Source of the DNA: Hypanus sabinus
Taxonomy: Eukaryota
Reading direction: 5' to 3'
NCBI RefSeq assembly: GCF_030144855.1
Contig: NC_082709.1
Location: 149,048,001-149,112,000 of the forward strand
DNA length: 64,000 nucleotides
Positions 12,411-23,101 of this stretch are shown here, one piece after another; position 1 is the first letter of the stretch; each line of letters begins with the position of its first letter. Under the pieces are notes generated by a model. It did no database searches. It saw only the letters and a program-made list of their open reading frames with translations, and was not told where the DNA came from. Made by a program: the position numbers and the translations under genes.

Positions 12411-12951
12411 GTGTGAAGGAAGCGCCGAGATACGAATTTATTCTGTGTAAACTATTAAACGTGTTCGCTATTGATTCTATTCTCAGGTTTATTTCAAATG
12501 CAAGTTGATGTTGTTCCCTCAATAGAGCTACTGAACTTCGCTCCGTTGAAAACAAAATTAGAAAGGGCGTGATAATCGGTGCACAATAGTATCTGTATGA
12601 AGGAAACCGGTTACCTTTACGGACTTGTGGGCATTTTAGTTAGGAGTCTCAACGTTATATTTAAAAAGTCTTGAAGTCGAAGCTTTAACTCCAAAGCCCC
12701 CCTAACAACGTGTCTATTCCGTGTTCGCGAACCGTGGGCTTTGTTCCTTTTGTAAACCACCAACCTCGGCTAAAATTGAGAGGTTTATGTAGAAAGTTAG
12801 CGAGGGTGGGTGCTTCTAATCCAGAATCCAAGGGTACTCACAGGTGTTTGTTTCTGTCTAGTTAGTACTTATTACCAACTCCATTCATAAATCTTCACAA
12901 GTAGCATAATTATTTGAAATATGCACGATAACATACTGCGCAAGTTTTCTA

Positions 12952-13052
12952 TCAATTAAATAAATTGAAAAAAAAAGATTTTGCAATAAGAGACTGTACA
13001 CAGAGAGCGTTACACGATTTTTTACTCTTCAGATTAACGAATTGCTTTCGAT
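12952..13052 (-). CDS. Gene 1 candidate exon 4: connecting peptide and TCR-like TM segment ending in TGA
   Basis: aataatag|AT gives phase-1 DRKQFVNLKSKKSCNALCVQSLIAKSFFFNLFN*; homologous to gene 2 5480-5564; an alternative acceptor at 12948 gives ENLRSMLSCIFQIIMLLVKIYEWSW*. Confidence 0.45.
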
Positions 13053-13147
13053 CTATTATTTGTATTAATTTACAAATTTTATCTCCAATTTTCACCAGTA
13101 ATTGGGAGGAGCAGGTTGTGGGATTTATTCCTGTGTGAAACACCTAC

Positions 13148-13441
13148 CTCGGTTGAAAGTGAAACTTTTCCTCACACTCCCTGTAACGTGGTGAACCAGG
13201 CAGGTGATGTCGGGTACTGACTCCCGCCGAGCGTCGGTCACCCGCAGCCGGGAGCTCAGGTTGTAGGTATGGTCCTCGTTTACCCTCAGCGGATCCGCCT
13301 CTGTTTCATACGAGACATTTCCCGTTACGGTCCAAGAAATACTCAGATCTTTCGGGAAAAATCCCGCAGCCACACAAATCAGGCTCTGAACCCCAGCGGC
13401 TTCGTTTTTGGGATCCAGAGAAAGGGAGACGTCAGGCTTCG
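13148..13441 (-). CDS. Gene 1 exon 3: C1-set Ig domain
   Basis: ttatctgcag|CG...CGAG|gtaggt, 294 nt, phase 1-1; AKPDVSL...LICVAAGFFPKDLSISW...YNLSSRLRV...ITCLVHH...KSFTFNRG. Confidence 0.92.
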
Positions 13442-14039
13442 CTGCAGATAACGGGAGAATTAACACATGGTGAATGTTACTGTAACCCACATGGATACAG
13501 ACAGCAAAAGTGGACACAACTGAAGACAATTGATTATTTGGTGTCTCAAAATGCACGCCAGCAGGAAGAGACAAAATACAGCCGGGAAGCGGAATAACTT
13601 CGACATGACGTAGCGCGTGATAAACTAATATTGAAAATAGTAACAATTGGAAATATCCATCAGGTCAGGTCGCAACTTTGGGAAGAGAAACAGTGGTAAA
13701 GTTCTGACGAAGGGTTTTCAATGCCAAGTGTTTGTTGCTCATCAGCGGATGGGCCCGATTGTTTCCTTCATTTCCTGGTTTTATTTTTCCGCTTCTTTCA
13801 TTTGACCACAAGTTGGTCAGTTAGCTCCAATTCCACTGATAGTGTCCGAACAAGGACGTTTCACGGTTCAGAAGCAAAGGATTCCTTCAGCAGGTCAGGG
13901 CGCGTTTGGAGAAAGGGATCTAAAGACCCGTTATCCAGCTCGGCCATTGGTCTGAGGCATTGACCCCAGTTCCCTCGCTTCACACTTTGCCCGGCCTGCT
14001 GAGTATTTCCAGCGTTTACTGCTTTCATTTCACACGTAC

Positions 14040-14372
14040 CTCGGATGGTCACTTCTGTTCCGCTTCCAAAATATGTTTTCCAGTGGTTCGAATCCATTCT
14101 CAGCACTGAGCATTGGTAAGTGTCGGAGTCATCCACAGTCACGTCGCGAATGACCAGCCAGCCTTCCTGCCCAGATGGACAGATCCGAGTGTTATTTTTC
14201 AGGAAATTACTGGACCCGTTTACAGGTTTGTCTCGTGTCCGAGTCCAATAATACCTCGCCGAATCCACCCGCTCGTCCCCGGATAACAGGGAACAGTAGA
14301 TCCGAGCTGTCTGTCCTCGGAGAAGGGTCAGAGCCGAAGGTGTCTGGTTCACTTTCGGAGCAACAGCGGGAG
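14040..14372 (-). CDS. Gene 1 exon 2: germline-joined VJ-type Ig domain
   Basis: ttctgttctag|CT...CGAG|gtacgt, 333 nt, phase 1-1; IYC, YYW, DSDTYQC and J motif YFGSGTEVTIR in one exon. Confidence 0.93.
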
Positions 14373-14465
14373 CTAGAACAGAAAATCACCGCAATTAGCA
14401 ACAAGATCCAAAATTATGAGAGGACAACGAGAATATATGTCAAACGGAGAGAGCGCGTGAATTAC

Positions 14466-14514
14466 CCGGGAGAAACAGCCAGACCGAGTACAATAAGCTT
14501 CCGAGTAGTGACAT
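14466..14514 (-). CDS. Gene 1 exon 1: signal peptide
   Basis: ATG at 14514, MSLLGSLLYSVWLFLP G|gtaatt, 49 nt phase 1, joins exon 2 in frame. Confidence 0.88.
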
Positions 14515-14589
14515 GTTGGGTAAAGGAGGCGTCGACTCGGGACAGGAGTCACCCAGCACTGAGAAATAGATGCGAGTTTGGGGCAAGTT

Positions 14590-14810
14590 TAGTTTAATAC
14601 GTCACGTGGGCGGCAGACTGGCTGGAAGTTTAACGGAACGCAAGCCCGTCTCTTTTTTTGCAAAACGATACAGGTTTATTTTCATCACATATCCACAAGA
14701 ACAGATTCAGTATTTACGAGACAGCACATATACTAAGATTAAAATACGGTTACTACCGTCTATTTAACAGTCTATACCCCGGGAGGGGGCACCGCTCCCG
14801 AAAGTCCCCC
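14590..14810 (-). promoter_or_regulatory. Putative promoter of gene 1
   Basis: On the minus strand CACGTGACGTATTAAAC (E-box/CRE half-site and TATA-like) about 80-90 nt upstream of the ATG; GGGGACTTTC kB-like site at 14800-14809. Confidence 0.3.
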
Positions 14811-14879
14811 ACTGTACACTTTGTGACAGGTTGTTTCCTCTCCAAGCACAACCAGGCACGAAGGAGCGTCAGTGAGATT

Positions 14880-15760
14880 ATAAAAGACATCAGTAGATAG
14901 TTTGTCTCCAGAGATGGAGACAGAGAGATCAAGAAAAGGAGAGAGGAGTGAAATAGACCAAGTTGGAAGTTGGAGGCAAAGTTAATGAAATTGACAAGCT
15001 CAGCGTGGGTGTACGAAGCTGCAACAATGCAGACATCATTTGCAGCGTAGGAAGAGTTGGGAGCAGTGCTGGAACATAGACTGTTCCACATTGCCGTCAA
15101 AAAGGCAGGCACAGCTGGGATCCATGCGAGTGCCCATGAGTTTGAAAGAAGTGGGAGGAGCCAAAGGGCCAGTTCCACCAGACAGCCCAGAGTGGTGTTG
15201 GAGGGGAACTGGTTGGGTCCGGTGTCCAGAAAGAGCTTTAAGGCCCTCCTGATGGGGGATAGAAGTGTATTGCGATTCGACATCCAAGGCAAGGCAAGTC
15301 ACTTTTTATTGGCATTTCGACCATAACTGCCAGTACAGTACGTAGCAAAAATGACACAACATTTTTCAGGACCATGGTGATACATGAAGCAGTACAAAAA
15401 CTACACTGAACTATGTAAAAGAAAACACAGAAAAAAAACTACACTGGACTACAGACCTACCAAGGACTGCATAAGGAGCACAAAACAGTGCAGACATTAC
15501 AATAGATAATAATAAATCCATTGTGAAAATGAGATGATCAGGACCAGGAAACTGTAAAAGTCATTGAAAAGATTGAGAGTGTGTGAAGTGTCATGGGTGT
15601 AGGTAGGAAGGGGCTGAAACAATGGAGAATAAAACAGTCGAGGTATGTAGACACGAGTTCTGTGGGGCAGGAGCAGGCAGAAACAATGGGTCTACCTGGA
15701 CAGTCAAGTTTGTGGATCTTGGGTGGAAGGTAGAACTGGGCAGTGCAGGGACATCTGGAC
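14880..15760 (-). mobile_element. Penelope-like RT fragment with a small internal repeat insertion
   Basis: [31 protein letters not shown] and MGTRMDPSCACLFDGNVEQSMF. Confidence 0.75.
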
Positions 15761-15764
15761 AGCG

Positions 15765-16270
15765 AAATGTGGATGCTCTTCATTGACTACAGTTTGGCAT
15801 CAATACTACAGTATCATCCCCTCAAAATTAATTATTGTGAGGCCAAGTACAGCTCCAATGCCATATTTAAGTTTGCTGATGATAACATTGTTGTTGGCCG
15901 AAACAAAAGTGGTGACAAATCAGCATATAGGAGGGAGATTGGAAATCTGGCTGAATGGTGCCACAACAACAACCCCTCACTTAATGTCAGCAAGACCAAA
16001 GACCTTATTATTGATTATAGGAGGAGGATACTGGATGTAAATAAGCCAGTCCTCGTCAGGGGATCAGAAGTGAAGAGGATCATCTACTTTAAATTCCTCA
16101 GTATTATTACTTATTTATTCATTATTATTTTGTTTTATTTGATCGATTTGTCATTCTTTGCACTCTGACTGTCCATTTCTGCTGTGTGCAGTTTTTCATT
16201 GATTCTATTTCTTTGTATTTACTGTGAATGCCTGCAAAAAATTGAATCTCAGAGTACTATATGGTGACAC
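15765..16270 (+). mobile_element. Rex1/Babar-like LINE RT fragment and tail
   Basis: MLFIDYS, IFKFADDNIVVG, LAEWCHNNNPSLNVSKTKDLIIDYRR. Confidence 0.7.
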
Positions 16271-16271
16271 A

Positions 16272-17745
16272 TACAGTGGTATATAAAAGTTTGGGCATCC
16301 TTGGTCAAAATTTCTGTTACTGTGAATAGTTAAGTGAGTAGAAGATGAACTGATCTCCAAAAGTGATAAAGTTAAAGAGGAAACATTCTTTTCAACATTT
16401 TAAGCAAGATTAGTGTATTATTTTTGTTTTGTACTATTTTAGAGTGAAAAGAAAGGAGCACTTTGCAAAAGTTTGGGCACCCCAAGAGATCTGAGCTCTC
16501 TGATAACTTTTACCAAGATGTCAGACCTTAATTAGCTTGTTAGGGCTATGGCTTGTTCACAGTCATCATTAGGAAAGGCCAGGTGATGCAAATTTCAAAG
16601 CTTTATAAATACCCTGACTCCTCAAACATTGTCCCAACAATCAGCAGCCAAGGGCTCCTCTAAGCAGCTGCCTAGCACTCTGAAAATTAAAATAAATGGT
16701 GCCAACAAAGCAGGAGAAGGCTATAAGAAGATAGCAAAGCATTTCCAGGTAGCTGTTTCCACAGTTTGTAATGTAATTAAGAAATGGCAGTTAACAGGAA
16801 CAGTGGAGGTCAAGTTGAGTTCTGGAAGACCAAGAAAACTTTTTGAGAGAACTGCTCATAGGATTGCTAGAAAGGCAAATTAAAACCCCTGTTTGATTGC
16901 AGAAGACCTTCAGGAAGATTTAGCAGACTCTGGAGTGGTGGTGCACTGTTCTACTGTGCAGCGACACCTGCACAAATATGACTGTCATGGAAGAGTCGTC
17001 AGAAGAAAAACTTCCCTGCAACCTCACCACAAAATTCAGCATCAGAAGTTTACAAAGGAACATCTAAACAAGCCTGATGCATTTTGGAAACAAGTCCTGT
17101 GGACTGGTGAAGTTAAAATATAACTTTTTGGCTGTAATGAGCAAAGGTATGTTTGGAGAAAAAAGGGTGCAGAATTTCATGAAAAGAACACCTCTCCAAC
17201 TGTTAAGCACAGGGGTGAATCGATCACACGTTGGGCTTGTTTTGCAGCCAGTGGCACAGGGAACATTTCGCTGGTAGAGGGAAAAATGAATTCAATTAAA
17301 TACCAGCAAATTCTGGAAGCAAACATCATACTGTCTGTTAAAAAGCTGAAGATGAAAAGAGGATGACTTCTACAACAGGATAATGATCCTCAACACACCT
17401 CAAAATCCACAATGGACTACCTCAAGAGGCACAAGCTGAAGGTTTTGCCATGGCCCTCACAGTCCCCCGACCTAAACATCTGTGCATGGACCTCAAAAGA
17501 GCAGTTATGCAAGATGACCCAAGAATCTCACAGAACTAGAGGCCTTTGCAAGGAAGAATGGGTGAAACTCCCTCAAACAAGAATTGGAAGACTCTTAGCT
17601 GGCTTCAGAAAGCGTTTACAAGCTGTGATACTTGCAAAGGGGGTATTACTAAGTGCTCATCGTGCATAATGCCCAAACTTCTGCTTCAGGCCTTTTTTCA
17701 TTTTTGTTATTTTGAAACTGTAAAAGATGGAAATAAAAAAGTAAT
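16272..17745 (+). mobile_element. Tc1/mariner transposon fossil (IR/DR type, right end incomplete)
   Basis: TA-CAGTGG left end; repeated aaaagtttgggca at about 16286 and 16468 and inverted at about 17670; frameshifted transposase (GYKKIAKHFQV, FWKQVLWTGE, QQDNDP, WPSQSPDLN). Confidence 0.9.
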
Positions 17746-17999
17746 GGAAGTTAACAGGGTGAATGTGTGAATTAGACAGGAGAAGACAGTATATCTATTC
17801 TAATCTGCATAGAGGTTTATTCCATTGAGAATAAAGAACAATTCACTTAATATAGTATTTCAAAAAATATATAAAATTAATACCAGCAAATTTGACATAA
17901 ATATTGATTACACATAGTTGTCATGTTTTATTTTACTTAGAAACTGGTTTCATAAAGAATTTAGCTTTATCACATCTGGCTCAGAATGATTTCGTTTCC

Positions 18000-19400
18000 C
18001 CAATGCTGGAGCCAAGTGGACAATGAAACAGCAACGTAAGTGTTCAGTTCAGGATGCCTCTACACCCTCTCCAGCTTGACAATATATTTCATATAACAGG
18101 GTGATGCAAACTATATGCAATTCTCCAAGTGCGGCTTCACCAATGACTTGTATAAGAGCAATGTAGTGTATCCACTCCCAAATTGACTGCCCCGAATGAT
18201 GAAGTCCAGCATGCTGAACACCCTCTTTGCTACAGTTGTGCAGCCACTTCCTGCAAGCTCTATTCATGTGCTTTCAGGCCCCTCTGTTCCACAACACTCG
18301 TCCGTGCCCTGCCTTTCACTGTATAAATCCTACTCTGCTTTGACTGTTCGAAATGCATCAGGTCCATACTAAATTGAAATCTATTTGCCATTCCTCAGCC
18401 TATCTCCCTAACTAATCAGGATCTCTTGGCTATTCATTGCAATGAACTTCACTGTCAACAAGACCCCCAAGTTAATATATCAGCAAACTTGTTGATCATG
18501 CATGTACACCTATATCCAATCATTTACATGAATAATGAATAATGAATAACAAAGGTCCTTCAACTAACACCATCTGCTTTCTAACATCAAACCAATTCTG
18601 AATCTACCTCACTACCTCTCCATAAATATTATGCAACCTAACCTTCGACACCATCCTGCCATGCAGGACCTTGTCATGTGAAGTCCATATAGACAACATC
18701 CACTATCCCAACTTCATCTATTCCCTTAGTTACATCTTTGGGGAAAACTCCAAAGCTTGCTCAGTTATTTCCTCCCGTGCACAAATCCGTGCTGACCATT
18801 CCTGGTCAGGTCATGACTATCTACATCAGTGATGGTGAACCTGACCTTCAGAAGATACTCCGATAACTTCCCTACAGTTTAATCAAGCTCACCAGTGTGT
18901 AGTTCCCTGGCCAATCCTCGTTACCAATCTTGAACCCTCTACCCTCCAGTCTTCTGGAACTTTGACAATAGTTAACAACAAAGCAATTAGGGGTTTTGTG
19001 ATATCTTCACTGGGCTCCCATTAGGTCTGGGGATGCATTGTTCAGGCCCACCTTAATGCACTTCAAAACTACAAATACCTCCTTCCTCATAATGAGCAAA
19101 TGATCCAAAATTCACTACTTTTTAAATTCATTTCCTTGGAATCTATGATATTCTTAGTAAACACAGAGTAGAAATGGACATTAAAGTTCCCACAGGACAA
19201 ACTGCACCTCAGCTGCCATTTCAGTACAGTAATTAGGTCCATAAGACCATAAGATGTAGGAGCAGAATTAGGCCTTTCAGCCCATCGAGTCTGCTCTGCC
19301 ATTCCATCATGGCTGATCCCAGATCCCACTCAACCCCATACACCTGCCTTCTTGCTATATCCTTTGATGCCCTGACCAATCTGGAAATGATCAACTTCCA
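18000..19400 (-). mobile_element. Old CR1 fragments
   Basis: Degenerate RT and 3' tail sequence similar to the other CR1 copies in the window. Confidence 0.55.
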
Positions 19401-19429
19401 CTTTAAATATATGCATGGACTAGACATAA

Positions 19430-20060
19430 TTTTTAGTTTGACACCTTTTCATAATGGTTCAATATCTAATATTTATGGTATGTTAATGGAGATGTGGAAT
19501 GTTCCTTTAGACAAAATTAAGAACCTCTGGGAACAAGACTTACAGACATGAATATCTGAGGAAACTTGGAATGAAATTTTTAAACTGGTTAATCCTTCAT
19601 CGCTATGTGCACGTCATTCCCTCATACAATTTAAGGTGGTACATTGAGCTCATATGTCTAAGGATAATCTATCTTGTTTTTATTCAGATTTATCTCCCTA
19701 CTGTGACAGATGTAGTAATGGAGAAGTTTCATTAATCAATATGATTTGGACTTGTCTGAATCTTGAAAAATATTGGAGAGAAGCTTTTCCAAACCTTTTC
19801 CTTACTTTTTAAAATCAATTTTAAGCCTAATTCTCTGACAGACCTTAACGGTATTGTTGCAGGACAAGATATTAAGCTGAAGGCATTGATTTACATATTT
19901 TGGCCTTAGCTCTCTTATAGCTAGGAGGAAGCTTTTGTTTAAATGGAAAGATGCTTTTCCTCCTACTCATGCTCAATGGTTATGCGATGTTATGTCATGT
20001 ATAGCTTTAGAGAAGATTAATTGTTCAATTTCTGAACCTAGTCAAGACTTTCAAACACTG
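19430..20060 (+). mobile_element. Older L1/Tx1 ORF2 3' fragment, continuing at 30419-30760
   Basis: WNVPLDKIKNLWEQDL; sequence resumes after the younger L1 at tttcaaacactgtggggactg. Confidence 0.65.
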
Positions 20061-20184
20061 GGGGGATGTGATGTGATGACATAGGATCAAGATGTGGAAA
20101 TCCAGCTCTCCCATAAAAAAACAGTAAAATAACGTTTGTGAAGAAAAATTAGTAAATACTTTCTAAAAATTACTTATAATCTAC

Positions 20185-20993
20185 TGTTACGAACCCCGTA
20201 ACTGGGTCACTTACCAGCAAAGATAGAGAGGTCCGTTGAAGTACTATTTTAACAGTATTTATTGATAAAAATACACAAAATAATATCAATGCAAATATAC
20301 AGATAATATAGGTCGTCAATACTAAATCTAAATGCATGGGTATAATAATAATCAAGAAGAAATAGCTCTATCGTTGTCTAGGGGATAATGTATTGTTCGA
20401 TGGAAATGTAAAAGTCACTGTTAGTTCGTTCAAGCTGCAGCGTTTTGGTTTGAGAGAAAGACGGGTTTAAAACGTGCCCAGTCCTTTTATGATGTCAATC
20501 CTTCGAGTCGTTGGGAGTTGGTTTCCCCGTTGTTAGCTAAAAGCTGTTTTCCCGTGTTAAAGGGCACCAGTTCCGGGGCAAATGGAACCGAACACACGTG
20601 GCCTCCCCACTGGCTTCCACTATTACGGGATCACTAGCGTTTCTTCTGGTGCGTCTGAAGGGGCTGTTCCCACAGACCCTCTTTTATCCTGACTCACAGG
20701 GTCTCAGATGTCAATCAGGTTGGGGGTGATGCAATCCCGCCCTCAACCAGCCCACTTTGCCTGAGGGCTTCCACGTAGCACAGTATTATAATACACAAGT
20801 CCGTCTCCAAGAGACAATGGTCGTTTCCCGTAGCTTTATATCGCCGGGGGGGGGGGGGGATCAAGACATTCCACACGTCTCTCTCTCATTTCCTGGGTCT
20901 CCTGACCCAAATCAATAGTGATCTTGCGATTCTCACAAAGGAGGGGGCTAACCCGCACCTTCGGCCCCTCAGAGCTGTGGTACATTCATAACA
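20185..20993. mobile_element. Solo LTR, family A copy 2, inside the L1 5' UTR
   Basis: tgttacg...cataaca, flanks ctac/ctgc (4-bp TSD, 1 mismatch). Confidence 0.85.
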
Positions 20994-23101
20994 CTGCTCA
21001 GGATTGTCTTTAGATATGTCTCCTAATCAGAAACAGAAGACAACTACTACTTTGAAGACAGCACGAATTGGAAAGGAAAAGGGCCGACCACTATGACGGA
21101 GCCTCGTACTCAGGTTGGACCTCTTCTTGGTGTGGTGCACTTCGCTTCTGGCTGTGCAGGACAGGAAATTACGGCAACATCAACAGTCTCTAAGAAGAAG
21201 CAGCAGGAACTGCACATGCATGAAGAAATGGGCATGAGCAAACAGGGGCAAACCAAATCACAGCTACGACTGAAAGTGAAAGTGAATTGGAAGTGGAGTC
21301 GGATTCTTTGGACAACACAGATGAAGATGAGGAGGAAAAAGAAGAAGAACAGCAGTAAGAGGTTGGAAGTAGAAGACTTCCTGTGGACATAAGAGAAGCC
21401 CTGCTGCAAATAATGCATGAATTAAAAGAATTAAAAGCATTAAAAGTAATAAAAACAGATATTAAAAATATGAAGATTATGTTTGATAAAGTTGTGAAAA
21501 AACAGGAGCAAATGGATAAGAAAGTTAAAAAGCTGGAAGAAATAACAGAAGACAGCATTGATAGAGTGAACAAAATGGAAGATAATATCCTTGCCTGGAC
21601 ATCAAAAAGAAAACGGTTGTTGGAAAAAGTAGATGTGCTTGAAAATTTTAGCAGATGAAATAATATTAAGATTGTTGGTCTTAAAGAAGGTACAGAGGGA
21701 GAAGATCCAATAAAATTTTTTCAAAAATGGATCCCGGAAAATTTGGAAATGAAAGAGGGAAATCAGTTAATTGAAATCAAAAGGGCTCATAACACCTTAA
21801 GACCAAAACCTCAGCATGATCAAAACCCGCAACCAATCTTGATAAAATGCTTAAGATATCAAGATAAGGAAAGGATCCTGAAGGCGGCTGTCCAACGTGC
21901 CAGAAAGAGAAACGGGCCATTGGTCATAGAAGGGAAAAGAGTTCTTTTCTATCCTGACATAAGTTATGACATTTTGAAGAGGAGGAAGGAATTTAACACT
22001 GTGAAAAAAGTCTTATGGGAAAGAGTTATAAATTTATACTGCGCCACCCGGCAACACTGATAGTTTTTTTGGATGACGAAGAAAGAAGATTTTTTACTGA
22101 TTATCGGAAAGTGAAGGAGTTTGCACAAGAACTCCCAAATATTCGCGAGACACAGCTAAGAATTTATGGAAGCGAAATGGATTAAAGATGAAGACTGAGA
22201 TAGTGAATGGATTTGATGGATATTTCAGGACAGAAGAATATACAAATATACTCTAAATTATATGATAGAGGGGAGAAAGGTAAAAATTTCAGGAATATTA
22301 ATCAGGAGTAGTGATATTATTTTTTTCTTCTCTTACATATACCTTTTTTTTCATTACGGGGGAGCTGGGGGAACTTCTGATCGATTACTACGGGATTCAC
22401 ATGTGTAATCATGGCGATTGCCATGACCCGTACAACGGAGGGGGGTAATGTTGTGGTTCTTTTCATTCACAACATTAGTAAGGGGTAGTTTGTTATCTTT
22501 TTCTTTACAATCTATCTTTCTTCTACCTTTCTTTCTTTGCCTGGATGATCGGGGGGGGGGGGGGGGGGGGGGGAGACACATAGCAACATGGAGAATTTTA
22601 AAAAGATTCCCCATGGTACTATGAGAGCTGAAATATTATGTATTGTTATAGATTGGAGTAACCTTGCTAAAAATGATGTCTAATTTACTGAACTTTTTAA
22701 GTTTTAATGTTAATGGGCTTAATGGACCGGTGAAAAGAAAAAGAATTTTAACATACATTAAGAAAATGAAAATTTTCTTAGCCTTTTTACAGGAAACACA
22801 TTTAACAGAGATAGAACATCAGAAATTAAAAAGAGATTGGGTCTGTAATGTTATTGCAGCTTCATTTAATTCAAAGGTGAGGGGAGTTGCAATTTTGGTT
22901 AATAAAATTTTACCAATTAAAATGCAAAATGTATTAATTGATTCTACGGGGAGGTGTGTGATTATACATTGTCAAATCTCTTCAGAATTATGGGTGTTAT
23001 GAATATTTATGCACCAAATGAAAATGATGCAAAATTTATACAAGAGGCCTTTTTGAATTTGGCTGACGCACATGATAAAATATTAATAGGTGGAGACTTT
23101 A

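Noticed and set aside
14040-14110. Possible RSS or a somatically rearranged V-J junction
   Set aside because: No CACAGTG/ACAAAAACC elements seen, and both genomic copies share the same junction, so it is germline-joined
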